Positions 26,851-36,372 of a stretch of 64,000 bases of DNA are shown here, piece after piece; within the stretch, counting starts at the first letter, position 1; every line of letters starts with the position of its first letter. The stretch covers positions 109,194 to 173,193 of the forward strand of contig JAZDJQ010000012.1 in assembly GCA_043803765.1 (NCBI GenBank), read 5' to 3'. This DNA is from Candidatus Iainarchaeum sp. (GTDB taxonomy: Archaea > Iainarchaeota > Iainarchaeia > Iainarchaeales > VGJJ01). Under the pieces are notes generated by a model, which did no database searches, was not told where the DNA came from, and worked only from the letters and a program-made list of their open reading frames with translations. Made by a program: the position numbers and the translations under genes.

Positions 26851-27465
26851 ATGCCTGTTGAAAAAATCACCATTTGGTATGCCCCATCTAAGTGTATTGG
26901 TGCAGGGGAGTGTGTGAAGAACAATCCTGCCGTATTCGGGTTTGATGACCGTACAAAAAAGGCGATGCTGATTGGTGGAAAAATAAATGATAAAAAGGAA
27001 TTCACTCGTGAAATTACGGGCGATTCTACACATATTGGGTATGCGATTACGGCTGCTGCTTCTTGTCCGGTAAATGCGTTCATCGTAAAAGATTCTGCCG
27101 GAATAGTTCGTGTGGGAAATAAAATAGAAATTGCTGAAGCAAAAGAATTGCATCCGGTTTATGATGATGCAAAGGATTTTGTGTTAGACCCGAAAGGTTA
27201 TTTTCTCATTCGCGTGAATGCACAAAAAAAAGAAATCGAAGTTGGTTTTTGTAATACTAAAAACATTGTTGTGTTGAAAGTAATAGGAAAAAAGCCTATT
27301 GATATTTACACAGCAGTTGCTCGTAAAGAACCGTGTTTGCGTCCTGAGCATTATGCGTATCTTGGAAGAGAGTTGGAGAAAGCATATCATTGTATTCAAA
27401 CAGGATTAGTGTATGTTCAGGATGGTGAATTGCACGAAATGAAGTTAGTAGGAAAAAAAGAATAA
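26851..27465 (+). CDS. ferredoxin-DUF4346 fusion protein
   Basis: CIGAGEC...SCP N-terminus; DPKGYFLI...HYAYLGRELEKA C-terminus. Confidence 0.8.
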   Translation: MPVEKITIWYAPSKCIGAGECVKNNPAVFGFDDRTKKAMLIGGKINDKKEFTREITGDSTHIGYAITAAASCPVNAFIVKDSAGIVRVGNKIEIAEAKELHPVYDDAKDFVLDPKGYFLIRVNAQKKEIEVGFCNTKNIVVLKVIGKKPIDIYTAVARKEPCLRPEHYAYLGRELEKAYHCIQTGLVYVQDGELHEMKLVGKKE

Positions 27466-27630
27466 TTCGGCTTTTTCCTAGTGGCTTGTTAATGGTTCAA
27501 ATGCTTAGGCTTTTTGCTATAAATCGCTTGGGAAATGGTTTTTCGATTGTCATACTTTTCTTATTTTATTATTCCTTTTTTTTAAGATAGGTTGAAACAA
27601 ATCCCTTTTTTGTATTGAAAAACACGCAAT

Positions 27631-27755
27631 CTAAACTACGGCGGGCTTCAGCCCGCCGGGTTCACTTCCCGCGAACGACTTGTCGAGAACCCAACACAAA
27701 GCCGATTCATCCACCCGCTAAAAGCAGGCGGGGTTCTCGGCAAGGGGTTCCTAAA
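27631..27755. mobile_element. probable non-autonomous IS200/IS605-type miniature element
   Basis: GC-rich island with hairpins CGGCGGGC-TTCA-GCCCGCCG and CCCGC-TAAAAGCAG-GCGGG; no ORF. Confidence 0.55.
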
Positions 27756-27781
27756 TTAAGTGGTTCATTCTAAAGAGTAGA

Positions 27782-28810
27782 ATGGATTCTTTTCAAGTAA
27801 GTAAGTTGTTGGAATGGTTTTCTCATGCTCAACGAAAATTGCCTTGGAGGGAGAATTATTCCCCGTATGAAGTGTGGTTGTCCGAAGTCATGGCTCAACA
27901 AACCCGTATTGAGCAGATGCTTCCCTATTATGCTCGTTTTCTTAAAAAATTTCCGACCGTGAAAGTGCTGGCGGATGCAGATGAGGAAAAAGTATTGAAG
28001 GAATGGGAAGGATTAGGGTATTATTCTAGGGCACGGAATGTGCAGGCGGCGGCTAAACAAATAGTGAATGAAAAAAGTGGAAAGATTCCTACAACAAAGG
28101 AAGAATTGGGAACATTGCGTGGTTTTGGTCCTTATATTTCAAGCGCGGTAGCAAGTATTGCCTTTAATCAGGATGAAGTAGTGGTGGATGGAAATGTTTT
28201 CCGTGTGATGAGTCGTTTTTGGGGGAATAAGGAAGATGTTTCTCTTCCTAAAACACGCCGATTGTTTGAAAAAAAACTACTAAAAATTCTTCCGAGAGGA
28301 AAAGCAAGGGATTTTAATCAGGCATTGATGGAGTTAGGTGCATTAGTATGCGTTCCGGAAAAGCCGTTGTGTGAAAAGTGTCCTCTTTCTAAAGCGTGTT
28401 TTGCAAATATAGAGAGTAAACAATCCTTTTTTCCAGTGAAAAAGAAGAAAGGAAAAATTCCCTTGCGTCACTTTGCTGCGATTCATGTAGAAAATGATGC
28501 GCGTATTCTTCTCTTTCCGAGGAAAGAGAAATTGTTGAATGGAATGTATGAGTTTCCGATGGTGGAATACAATCCATTATCGGATAGCGTGAAGGATATT
28601 GAAAAGAAAATAGGAGAAAAATTTGGTTGGCGTGTGCATTTGTCTAAAAAAATAGGGGATGCGACACAGCAGTACTCTCATTTCAAACAGCACGTATGCT
28701 TGTTTGATGCGGTGATTGAAAAAAAGGATAGTATTCCTTGGGTGAGAAAGGAAAGCGTTTCTTCCCTTCCATTATCGCGTATTCAGCAGAAATTGTTGCG
28801 TGATTTTTAG
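27782..28810 (+). CDS. mutY: A/G-specific adenine glycosylase
   Basis: RKLPWR, SEVMAQQT, WEGLGYYSRARN, VDGNV, CX6CX2CX5C. Confidence 0.95.
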   Translation: MDSFQVSKLLEWFSHAQRKLPWRENYSPYEVWLSEVMAQQTRIEQMLPYYARFLKKFPTVKVLADADEEKVLKEWEGLGYYSRARNVQAAAKQIVNEKSGKIPTTKEELGTLRGFGPYISSAVASIAFNQDEVVVDGNVFRVMSRFWGNKEDVSLPKTRRLFEKKLLKILPRGKARDFNQALMELGALVCVPEKPLCEKCPLSKACFANIESKQSFFPVKKKKGKIPLRHFAAIHVENDARILLFPRKEKLLNGMYEFPMVEYNPLSDSVKDIEKKIGEKFGWRVHLSKKIGDATQQYSHFKQHVCLFDAVIEKKDSIPWVRKESVSSLPLSRIQQKLLRDF

Positions 28811-29112
28811 CGTTTCTGTGATGCGTCTTCTTTCATGATGAGTTTCACGATCCAGAAAACCACTAATGCGATAATGAGAAAGTCGATTACCGCTCCAGCA
28901 AAGTCCCCGATTAGAAACTTGACGGGCCCCACATCGAGTGTAGCAAGGCGCCATTCTCCTCCCGGGGTGAGTGCTCCCACAATGGGCATGACTAAATCAT
29001 TCACAATGGCCGTTACCAGTTTGGTGGATGCTGCTCCAATGATGAATGCAACCGCTAATCCTAATACTTGGTATTTTTTCAAAAACGCTGAGAACTCTTG
29101 GATAATCGACAT
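28807..29112 (-). CDS. mscL: large-conductance mechanosensitive channel
   Basis: EFSAFL...LAVAFIIG...VNDLVMP...IDFLII. Confidence 0.9.
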   Translation of the reverse strand: MSIIQEFSAFLKKYQVLGLAVAFIIGAASTKLVTAIVNDLVMPIVGALTPGGEWRLATLDVGPVKFLIGDFAGAVIDFLIIALVVFWIVKLIMKEDASQKR

Positions 29113-29227
29113 GCTGTTTTCTCTCCTAGGATGCTATACTATCATCCCTATCATCCATTGTTTTTTAATCCTCTTCATTAAAACATGGTAGAAAGGAAAA
29201 AAAAGAAAAAAATAGGCCAGTGATTAC

Positions 29228-29464
29228 TCACTGACCGTATCTCTCAAAAAAATCGCTTACTGAAATAGGTTGTTCATGAGGAAACTTGTTCAATTCCCGT
29301 CCACCCACAACAGTCCGAAAATCTTGGTTAAGTATTTGTCCTCGCCCAGCAGGATCAACTACTTTACCTATTACTTGCCCGGTATTGGATGGTTCAGAGG
29401 TTGTTCCAATGCAGCCAAGCAATAAGAGTAGACCCAATATGCCAATGATGGTTAGCATTTTCAT
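29228..29464 (-). CDS. small putative lipoprotein
   Basis: LLLLLGC lipobox-like; GGAGG SD. Confidence 0.55.
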   Translation of the reverse strand: MKMLTIIGILGLLLLLGCIGTTSEPSNTGQVIGKVVDPAGRGQILNQDFRTVVGGRELNKFPHEQPISVSDFFERYGQ

Positions 29465-29476
29465 TTTTTATACCTC

Positions 29477-29905
29477 CTAACCACACTTGGCAGCAATCGG
29501 ATTACAATACGACTGTGCGTTTATGTCGTTGCAGTTGTATTTTGCTGCAATTATATAATTGTAGTACTGTTTTCCATTTATTTTGAAATCTCTTGTGCAG
29601 CCCAATTCAATCAAAGTAGTATTGGTATCACAAAAGTCGGAATACACATACGTGTTCTGGTCGGTTGGGTCGGTCCACGTCATGGTTCCTTTTGCAAATG
29701 GATTAAACCCATTATCCGTGTCAAAACATCCACCGTTTTCATCTCCATATGCTAATAATGATGCGTTTCCATCTCCTCCAATATAATTATTTTTCCACAT
29801 GAATGGAAAATCATTTCCTAGATAAAAATTACTGAATACGAATGGCAGAGTCATCAAGAATGTGATTCCCAATACCAGCAACCATCGTGTTATTTTTGGT
29901 TTCAT
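29477..29905 (-). CDS. secreted Cys-rich protein
   Basis: signal/TM then CFDTDNGFNP...DFC...LIELGC; GGAGG SD. Confidence 0.7.
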   Translation of the reverse strand: MKPKITRWLLVLGITFLMTLPFVFSNFYLGNDFPFMWKNNYIGGDGNASLLAYGDENGGCFDTDNGFNPFAKGTMTWTDPTDQNTYVYSDFCDTNTTLIELGCTRDFKINGKQYYNYIIAAKYNCNDINAQSYCNPIAAKCG

Positions 29906-29951
29906 ATACAACCCTCCTGCCGTACTACGTCCTGTGGAGGTATATAATGCT

Positions 29952-31211
29952 TTATTCGTTTTGTTTCCACACATAATAGCCCAGCATTCCAACAAACACG
30001 AAGGCGATACCGAATAATAGCGCGTTCACTTCCACGAAGAATAGCATTCCTGCATTGAGGATACTTCCAACAACAGCGGGGATGGGTATTTTTCCCCAGC
30101 GTAATGGTATTTTGAATCCAGTGAATGTTTTCTTGTCATCTAAACTAATTTTGATGATAGCCGCATTCATGATGGCAAACACGGCAAATAGTAGTCCATC
30201 CGTTACATGGGCCACAAACATAATGTCTTGGTATAGTACGAGCAATCCTACTCCTATCGTAGAAATAATAAGAGCATTCCTCGGTTGCGAGTGATGCGTT
30301 TCTCCTAGAATGCGGGGGAGTGTTTTTTCAGAGGATAATCCATACACTAAACGGGAGGTTGCAAGCAAGAGCAATAATACCGTGTTTCCTGTGGAGAACA
30401 ATGCCACGATGGCCAGCACCCAAAATGCGTCTCCTCCAAATCCGCGTGCCGCTACTTCAGCGAGAGGAGCATGGCTTTGTCCTAGGGCTTCTCCTCCTAG
30501 TATGGAAACCGCAGAGGCCGCGACTAGAATATACAAAATAGTTGAAATAACAATGGCCAGCAGTAATGCGATGGGCATTATTTTTTGGCTGTTTTTGGTA
30601 TCTTCACTCAACCTGACTAAATCCTCGAACCCCAAAAAGGCAAAAAAGATGAGTGCTGCAGCGGATAATATTCCGGGAACGATAACAAAGTTAGGAATAG
30701 GAAAACCGTTTGAGATAGTGGGAATTCCAATGAAAATAATAGCAAGAAGTCCTCCAATTTCAACAATGGAAAGCAATCCTGCAATGGATGTGCTTATTTT
30801 TGCCCCAAACCAGATGACGGCAAAAGAGAGAAGCAGAATAAGCATCGTTCCTATAATAGAAGGAAGATGAAAAATAGCAGAAAAGTATCCTCCGAATCCT
30901 AATGCAACGGTAGCACTCGAAGCAATTCCAACTAAAAGCAAAGCAAATCCTATTCCAAATGCCCATTTTTTTCCAAAAGCAGATTTACCATACACATACT
31001 CGGCTCCTGCCTTTGGAAAGCGCGCACTCAACTCGGCATAGCTTAATCCAGTAAGAATGGCAATGAGTCCTGCTGCTGCAAAGGAAACCCAAATGTAGTC
31101 TCCTGCGATTCCTGCCGCCTTTCCTACTAATACGTATATTCCTGCTCCCAAGATAACGCCGATTCCCGCAAGGGTTAACTCAAGCAATCCTACTTCTTTT
31201 TTCAGCCCCAA
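29952..31211 (-). CDS. APC family amino acid permease
   Basis: ILGAGIY, SYAELSARFPKAG, FFAFLGFE. Confidence 0.92.
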   Translation of the reverse strand: MGLKKEVGLLELTLAGIGVILGAGIYVLVGKAAGIAGDYIWVSFAAAGLIAILTGLSYAELSARFPKAGAEYVYGKSAFGKKWAFGIGFALLLVGIASSATVALGFGGYFSAIFHLPSIIGTMLILLLSFAVIWFGAKISTSIAGLLSIVEIGGLLAIIFIGIPTISNGFPIPNFVIVPGILSAAALIFFAFLGFEDLVRLSEDTKNSQKIMPIALLLAIVISTILYILVAASAVSILGGEALGQSHAPLAEVAARGFGGDAFWVLAIVALFSTGNTVLLLLLATSRLVYGLSSEKTLPRILGETHHSQPRNALIISTIGVGLLVLYQDIMFVAHVTDGLLFAVFAIMNAAIIKISLDDKKTFTGFKIPLRWGKIPIPAVVGSILNAGMLFFVEVNALLFGIAFVFVGMLGYYVWKQNE

Positions 31212-31217
31212 TCTGCA

Positions 31218-31613
31218 TCACATCCTTTTCCATGAAAAATAGGCGATGAGGGCATACATGACAAGCCCGTAGATGCATGTTGGAACAATCAGAGAATAGG
31301 TGCAGGGCGGCAATAAACAAGAGGGATTCATCAATTCATTTAGGGTATATCCTCCTGAGAACAATACTCCAAAAATGGAAACGTAGCGGATGATTTTCAC
31401 ATTTTGTTTTGTATGAGTAAATTGTTCCATGAGGCTCACAATAAACAAAATACCAAACATGAGCAATCCATACGCGCAGATGGGCCAACCTAGCAAATAG
31501 GAACACCCCTCTGTTAGTGGACATGCTCCCTCAATCAGCTTTCCATAGGTCAACCAACCCGAAAAGAGGACGCCGGCGAGGGATAATAGTAGAATGATTT
31601 TTTTGGATTCCAT
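31218..31613 (-). CDS. VKOR-like membrane thiol-disulfide protein
   Basis: 4 TM segments, paired Cys in loops (CPLTEGC, CLLPPC). Confidence 0.55.
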   Translation of the reverse strand: MESKKIILLLSLAGVLFSGWLTYGKLIEGACPLTEGCSYLLGWPICAYGLLMFGILFIVSLMEQFTHTKQNVKIIRYVSIFGVLFSGGYTLNELMNPSCLLPPCTYSLIVPTCIYGLVMYALIAYFSWKRM

Positions 31614-31703
31614 ATTCGATATAATCCAAATAGGAGAATATAAAACAGGGGGCGCATCCCACGACATTTCCATACGAATGGAATACATGGAAACGGTTGC
31701 GAG

Positions 31704-31776
31704 TGGGCTCGCTCGGATTTGAACCGAGGTCGACAGCTCCCAAAGCTGCCATCCTACCAGGCTAGACGACGAGCCC
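31704..31776 (-). tRNA. tRNA-Pro(TGG)
   Basis: GGGCTCG/CGAGCCC acceptor, GCAGC-TT TGG GA-GCTGT arm, GGTTCAAATCC. Confidence 0.95.
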
Positions 31777-31808
31777 CGTCGCATATATTCATGGGTTAGG
31801 AGACTTTC

Positions 31809-32327
31809 TTAAACCAAAGCCGTTCTTTCGCCTAGTTGGGCGTGGTGGGACTGGATTTTTTCAACAATAAGGGCGGGGTTTTCTACTCCCACAATGGATA
31901 TTTTCTTCGTGTTGTTTTCTTTCATATAGGTGATTTCTATTTCATCCACGTGTAACCATTTCTGCATCCAGTCCTCTTTTACTTTAACGTTCGAAATGGA
32001 AAGATAGGAGACAAAAATTTCTCCGCTGGGAGATTGAATCCATATTCCTAAATTGGTTAACCATGTATTTCGTTGGGATACATCCACGCGCCACAACCAC
32101 CTTGTTATCACTCCTATTAGCATGGCAAACCCTGCAAGCGCAAGTGCTTGCAGAATAAGCATGGCGGGTTTTCCATTGTTTTGTTTGAATGAATATATGA
32201 GAAAAACGAGTAATCCAACAAACCATACTCCAAACAATGGGGCGGCTTTCAGTGCGTAATAGGATAGGGTGTTTTGAGAAGGCGGAACTTCCAACTCGAT
32301 CCGCTCGTCCAGTGCAAGGGAAAGCAT
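31809..32327 (-). CDS. membrane protein with bacterial PH-like domain
   Basis: 2 TM segments then WLTN...ISNVKVKEDWMQKWL...I.GVENP. Confidence 0.65.
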   Translation of the reverse strand: MLSLALDERIELEVPPSQNTLSYYALKAAPLFGVWFVGLLVFLIYSFKQNNGKPAMLILQALALAGFAMLIGVITRWLWRVDVSQRNTWLTNLGIWIQSPSGEIFVSYLSISNVKVKEDWMQKWLHVDEIEITYMKENNTKKISIVGVENPALIVEKIQSHHAQLGERTALV

Positions 32328-32382
32328 GGGGGAGGAAGGGAGTCCACCCTATAAATGACGGGTGGATGGAAAGGAAATGGTA

Positions 32383-32889
32383 TTACCATCCTTTCGCACG
32401 GCTAATACACCCGTTGACGTAGTCCTCGAACAATGCGGGATTGTGCAATAGGCGGTCTACCATCGCTTCCCGTTCTTCATAGCTTTTCAGGATTTTTGCT
32501 ATTTTCCCCCAAACACGCTCTTCTTCATTAGGGGATGGAAAAGTAGTGTAAACGGTATGATAGACTTGTAGGATGGCCCACTTCCTGAAAATGGGGTAGC
32601 GTCTTTTATCGGCAATTAATAATCTGCGCATGAGACGGGCAGCCTGTCTCTTCATTTCGGGTGAACGCATGGAATGGGATTGTACATAGAAAGCGAATTC
32701 TGTTTCGCATTGCTTCTCCATGTCCAGCCACTTTGTCAGGTTTTTTTGTACGTGATGGAACTGATGATTGATTTCATCGACTCGCTCGAGAGGATTCGTT
32801 TTACGCGGGCGAACCTCATCAATAAGTCGGGAACGCCGGACAAATCCTTTTCGTCTCCGTCGAATTTCATTCGGGGCCATGGTAACCAA
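32383..32889 (-). CDS. hypothetical protein, Arg-rich N-terminus
   Basis: ORF of about 165 aa, TATA upstream; ATG 32880 is the likely start. Confidence 0.55.
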   Translation of the reverse strand: MVTMAPNEIRRRRKGFVRRSRLIDEVRPRKTNPLERVDEINHQFHHVQKNLTKWLDMEKQCETEFAFYVQSHSMRSPEMKRQAARLMRRLLIADKRRYPIFRKWAILQVYHTVYTTFPSPNEEERVWGKIAKILKSYEEREAMVDRLLHNPALFEDYVNGCISRAKGW

Positions 32890-32919
32890 TTCGGAAGGAA
32901 ACAGGACTATAAAATGGGT

Positions 32920-33219
32920 CTACTTCTTTCCCCTTCTTTTAGCGAGCGCATCTCGAAATAATTTTTGTTGCTCGGGAGGAAGGCTTGAGAGGCGCACCCA
33001 TTTTCCCCTGCCGAGACCATGTCCGCTCACGCGAACCCAAGGGTCGGTGATATCATCAACGGTTTTAGGGATAGTGACTTTGGGCAAGCGTTTGCGGATG
33101 CGGATTCCTTTTCCCTTAGAGAGAACGCCATCATCGTGAAAAGCACGGTACAACCGCAAGAAAGGTCGAGAAAACATGCGGTAAAGAAAACGAGGAATGC
33201 GCCGTCGTGGTTTCATCAC
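32920..33219 (-). CDS. hypothetical very basic protein
   Basis: 99 aa, R/K-rich, TATA upstream. Confidence 0.5.
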   Translation of the reverse strand: MMKPRRRIPRFLYRMFSRPFLRLYRAFHDDGVLSKGKGIRIRKRLPKVTIPKTVDDITDPWVRVSGHGLGRGKWVRLSSLPPEQQKLFRDALAKRRGKK

Positions 33220-33259
33220 AAAAAGGAAACCGTTTCCCTCTATATATTCTTTGGCTATC

Positions 33260-34126
33260 CTACTTCTTTTTCAATAATCGTTTCAGCCCGGGTATTTCCA
33301 CTTGAGAGTATAGACAAAATAGTTTGCATGGTTCCAGGAGTTTTCGTGCCGTGTACACGTAGAGGGTGCTTTCAATCTTTCCTTTTTCTTTTGCAGTGGA
33401 AGCAAGGGCTATTTCCCTAATCGTGTTTTTCGTTTCATCAGAGGCATAGAATTGGGATAGTTTTTCTAAATCATTTGCTGTTTTTCCTTTTGGCGCGTTT
33501 GCAATAAAAGAATCCAGTTTTTTTATGTCAGCGGTTTCACGCAAATAGGACTCTAGTTTTTTTTCCATGCTTACCGAGAACGATCCCAAAAATTCCATGA
33601 ATGTGCGGGGTTGCGTTTGACTCGTTACCACATATTTTTTTACGCATTGCCACCCAGAATAGTTGGCGATTAATTGTATTTTTCCTTCTTCGAATTTTTT
33701 TATTTCAGAAAAATGAGCAGCATAATTGAGATGCACGTGATAGTTGGAAAGTATTTTGCGTGTGGCGTATAATCGAATAAATTGTCCTAGTTCTCCCTGC
33801 TCTTTTTTTTGCAATCCTTCTATTGAGGAAACCGTATTCACGAGTTGGGAAAACTTTCGAGTGTTGAGGAATGCAAGCGTTTGACCAAAATTCCTTGTTT
33901 CACTTGAGTGGGGGGCTTCTTTCAATGCTTCGTTGATAGGAGTAATATCAATCCATGCGGCGAGGGAACTTTCGATGAGCCCGTCTATTTCTTTTGTTGT
34001 TTGGGATAACCATTCGATGAATTCCCAAGGAGAAGTGGCAGAGGTTACCTCTCGTGTGAGGGTAGATTTCCATCCCGGAAAGTCGGCTTGAAAGAAAAAG
34101 GTGTTTTCATTAGGCATATTCTCCAT
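33260..34126 (-). CDS. protein with two DUF2666-like repeats
   Basis: internal duplication: ADFPGWKST...PWEFIEWLS and ANYSGWQCV...PRTFMEFLG. Confidence 0.6.
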   Translation of the reverse strand: MENMPNENTFFFQADFPGWKSTLTREVTSATSPWEFIEWLSQTTKEIDGLIESSLAAWIDITPINEALKEAPHSSETRNFGQTLAFLNTRKFSQLVNTVSSIEGLQKKEQGELGQFIRLYATRKILSNYHVHLNYAAHFSEIKKFEEGKIQLIANYSGWQCVKKYVVTSQTQPRTFMEFLGSFSVSMEKKLESYLRETADIKKLDSFIANAPKGKTANDLEKLSQFYASDETKNTIREIALASTAKEKGKIESTLYVYTARKLLEPCKLFCLYSQVEIPGLKRLLKKK

Positions 34127-34209
34127 TCCTTCATTCGTGTATGTTATAAACCTTCGGAGGGTGGGACACCTATTCATTTATAGGGGAGTTCGGGGTTCAA
34201 CCATTTAGT

Positions 34210-34488
34210 ATGAGTGCGCGGATGAATCCTTTGGAAAAGTTCAAGCATTATGAGCACCAAGTGTTAACGTTTGAGAATAAGAGAGGGTGGTCGCTTGGCA
34301 GGCATACGCTCTCTGAATATGTGTTTCTTGTGATAGTAGGATTTTGGTTTGCTTTTATTGGACCCCAATTTATTGGGGCGAATATTCTACTGGCGATTGC
34401 TATAGTACTTACTATTCTATACGTGTTGTATATGCTCGTCCTCTTTTTTTTATCCGGTGGGTTAGGAAGACCCGTGGATGTAATGTAA
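34210..34488 (+). CDS. small membrane protein
   Basis: 2 TM segments. Confidence 0.55.
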   Translation: MSARMNPLEKFKHYEHQVLTFENKRGWSLGRHTLSEYVFLVIVGFWFAFIGPQFIGANILLAIAIVLTILYVLYMLVLFFLSGGLGRPVDVM

Positions 34489-34745
34489 AAAAAAGCATTA
34501 TTTCGTGTTTAGTCGTATTCTTGTTAAGTGCAAGGAGAGGGTTTTTATTAGAGAGACGCAGTTGTAGAGGTGTATGTATCAAAGTGTTTCCCTCATTTGC
34601 TCTTCTTCTTTCACTTTGATTAATAATACGAATATGCACTAATTTTCCCCTATCCCAAGCCAATTGGCATGGTAGTGGTGATGGGCCTATTTTTGAATTT
34701 TAAAAAAAAAGCGCGCAATGCGCTAAAACAAGGAGGTAGAACAGT

Positions 34746-34925
34746 ATGCGATTAAGCAAAGAAAAAAGAACCCAATTACGAAGCAGGATTCGCACCAAAT
34801 CGGATAGATTGGTTCGCAATATTAGTGTAGATGATATTGCCCCTGAATATTTTTATCGAATGCGCAAGAAAGAAATGAATAACGATCCTTATTGGCAGGA
34901 ATATTCTACTCCCATCAATGGGTAG
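34746..34925 (+). CDS. 59-aa protein absent from the ORF track
   Basis: AGGAGGT SD 8 nt before ATG; MRLSKEKRTQ...STPING*. Confidence 0.55.
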   Translation: MRLSKEKRTQLRSRIRTKSDRLVRNISVDDIAPEYFYRMRKKEMNNDPYWQEYSTPING

Positions 34926-34972
34926 GGAGGAATTGCCTCCCTGTTCGTTTTGGTATATGGAATAATTATCCC

Positions 34973-35674
34973 TTATGCGGTGCCTAGAAGGTATTTTTCT
35001 CTCTTGTTTTTTGGAAATCGTTCAATGGAGTATCGCAGCATGGTGCGGGGCATTTTCAAGTGGTGTTTTTTCAAAAATGTTTCCAGCGCCTTTTCATCCC
35101 GCTTTCCTATTTCTCGCAGCATCCAACCGCACGCTTTGTGCATCAAATCCTCTTTATCGGAAAGGAATTTTTCACACAATAGGAACGTATCATTAAACTG
35201 GTCTTCTTGAATGGATGCATACGTGGATAGGATGGCAATTCGTCTGTCCCAAAGAGAAGGGGATTTTGCTAACGTGTGTAGTATTTTTTTGTCTTGGTGC
35301 AACAAATAGTTTCCAAGTATTTTATATGCGGATAAATCCACTAAATCCCAATTATTCACTTTTTCTTTGTTTTTCAAATAGAAGTCCACTATTTTTTTCT
35401 TTTCTTTTTCAGTAATCGCTTTTCTGTATTTTTCCACGAGAATGAATAATCCCACTAATCGTTCCTCGTGCAGAGGAGAGTGTAGTGTTTTTTTTAGTTG
35501 GATAATAGGAGTGTCCAAGAATGTGCTCGCTACTTTTCGGCATTCCGGCACGGTGACCCCGATGAATTGGTCTCCTTCTCCATACTCTCCTTTTCCTGTT
35601 TTGAAGAAGCGGATGTTGACTTTTCGTCTTTCCTCGGAAGCATACTTTTTCAATTCTTCTCGTAGTGCGTTCAT
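34973..35674 (-). CDS. DNA alkylation repair protein (AlkD-like)
   Basis: FFKTGKGEYGEGD, NNWDLVD, KACGWMLREIGK, RTMLRYSIE. Confidence 0.93.
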   Translation of the reverse strand: MNALREELKKYASEERRKVNIRFFKTGKGEYGEGDQFIGVTVPECRKVASTFLDTPIIQLKKTLHSPLHEERLVGLFILVEKYRKAITEKEKKKIVDFYLKNKEKVNNWDLVDLSAYKILGNYLLHQDKKILHTLAKSPSLWDRRIAILSTYASIQEDQFNDTFLLCEKFLSDKEDLMHKACGWMLREIGKRDEKALETFLKKHHLKMPRTMLRYSIERFPKNKREKYLLGTA

Positions 35675-35787
35675 TATTCCTATTAATTCCTCTTTCTGGA
35701 ATTAAAAATGCCCCTACCTTTCATTTTTAGGGGAATGATTTATTAGGAGAAGGGGAACTCTTGATAGCAATAAGGGGAGGTTATTCC

Positions 35788-36360
35788 ATGGATCGAATTA
35801 TTCCAGTTATTGCGATTGGTGTCGTCGTGATACTCGTCGCCGGCTTATTGGTGATGGGCATTTACAATGGGGAGGTTTCCCGTGATCAAGGCGTTCAATC
35901 GCAATGGTCCAACGTAGAAACCGAATACCAGAAACGGTTTGATTTGGTTCCTCAGCTCGTAAGTGTGGTAAAAGGTGCAGCGTCATTCGAGCAGGAGACG
36001 CTCAACCAATTAACAGCTCTGCGTTCCCAATGGCAGACCCAAACAAGCGTGAGTGACCGGATGGATACGGCAAACCAGTTTGAGTCCACGTTATCAAAAC
36101 TCTTGCTGATTACGGAGAATTATCCCGAGTTGAAGTCGAATGAACAATTCCAAACATTGCAAATCCAATTAGAGGGAATTGAAAACCGTGTCTCCGTTGA
36201 GCGCAAAAAATACAATGATTCTGCACGAGAATACAATACCTATATTCGTGTATTTCCTAATACGTTTTTCTTAGGAGGAAAAGAATTGAAGATATTCTTT
36301 GAATCAACTGCGGGATCGGAAGTTGCCCCTATTGTGCCGGACGACTTTACGAATAATTAA
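35788..36360 (+). CDS. lemA: LemA family protein
   Basis: QKRFDLVPQLV, ENYPELKSN, ENRVSVERKKYN. Confidence 0.95.
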   Translation: MDRIIPVIAIGVVVILVAGLLVMGIYNGEVSRDQGVQSQWSNVETEYQKRFDLVPQLVSVVKGAASFEQETLNQLTALRSQWQTQTSVSDRMDTANQFESTLSKLLLITENYPELKSNEQFQTLQIQLEGIENRVSVERKKYNDSAREYNTYIRVFPNTFFLGGKELKIFFESTAGSEVAPIVPDDFTNN

Positions 36361-36372
36361 AGGAGACGCATC

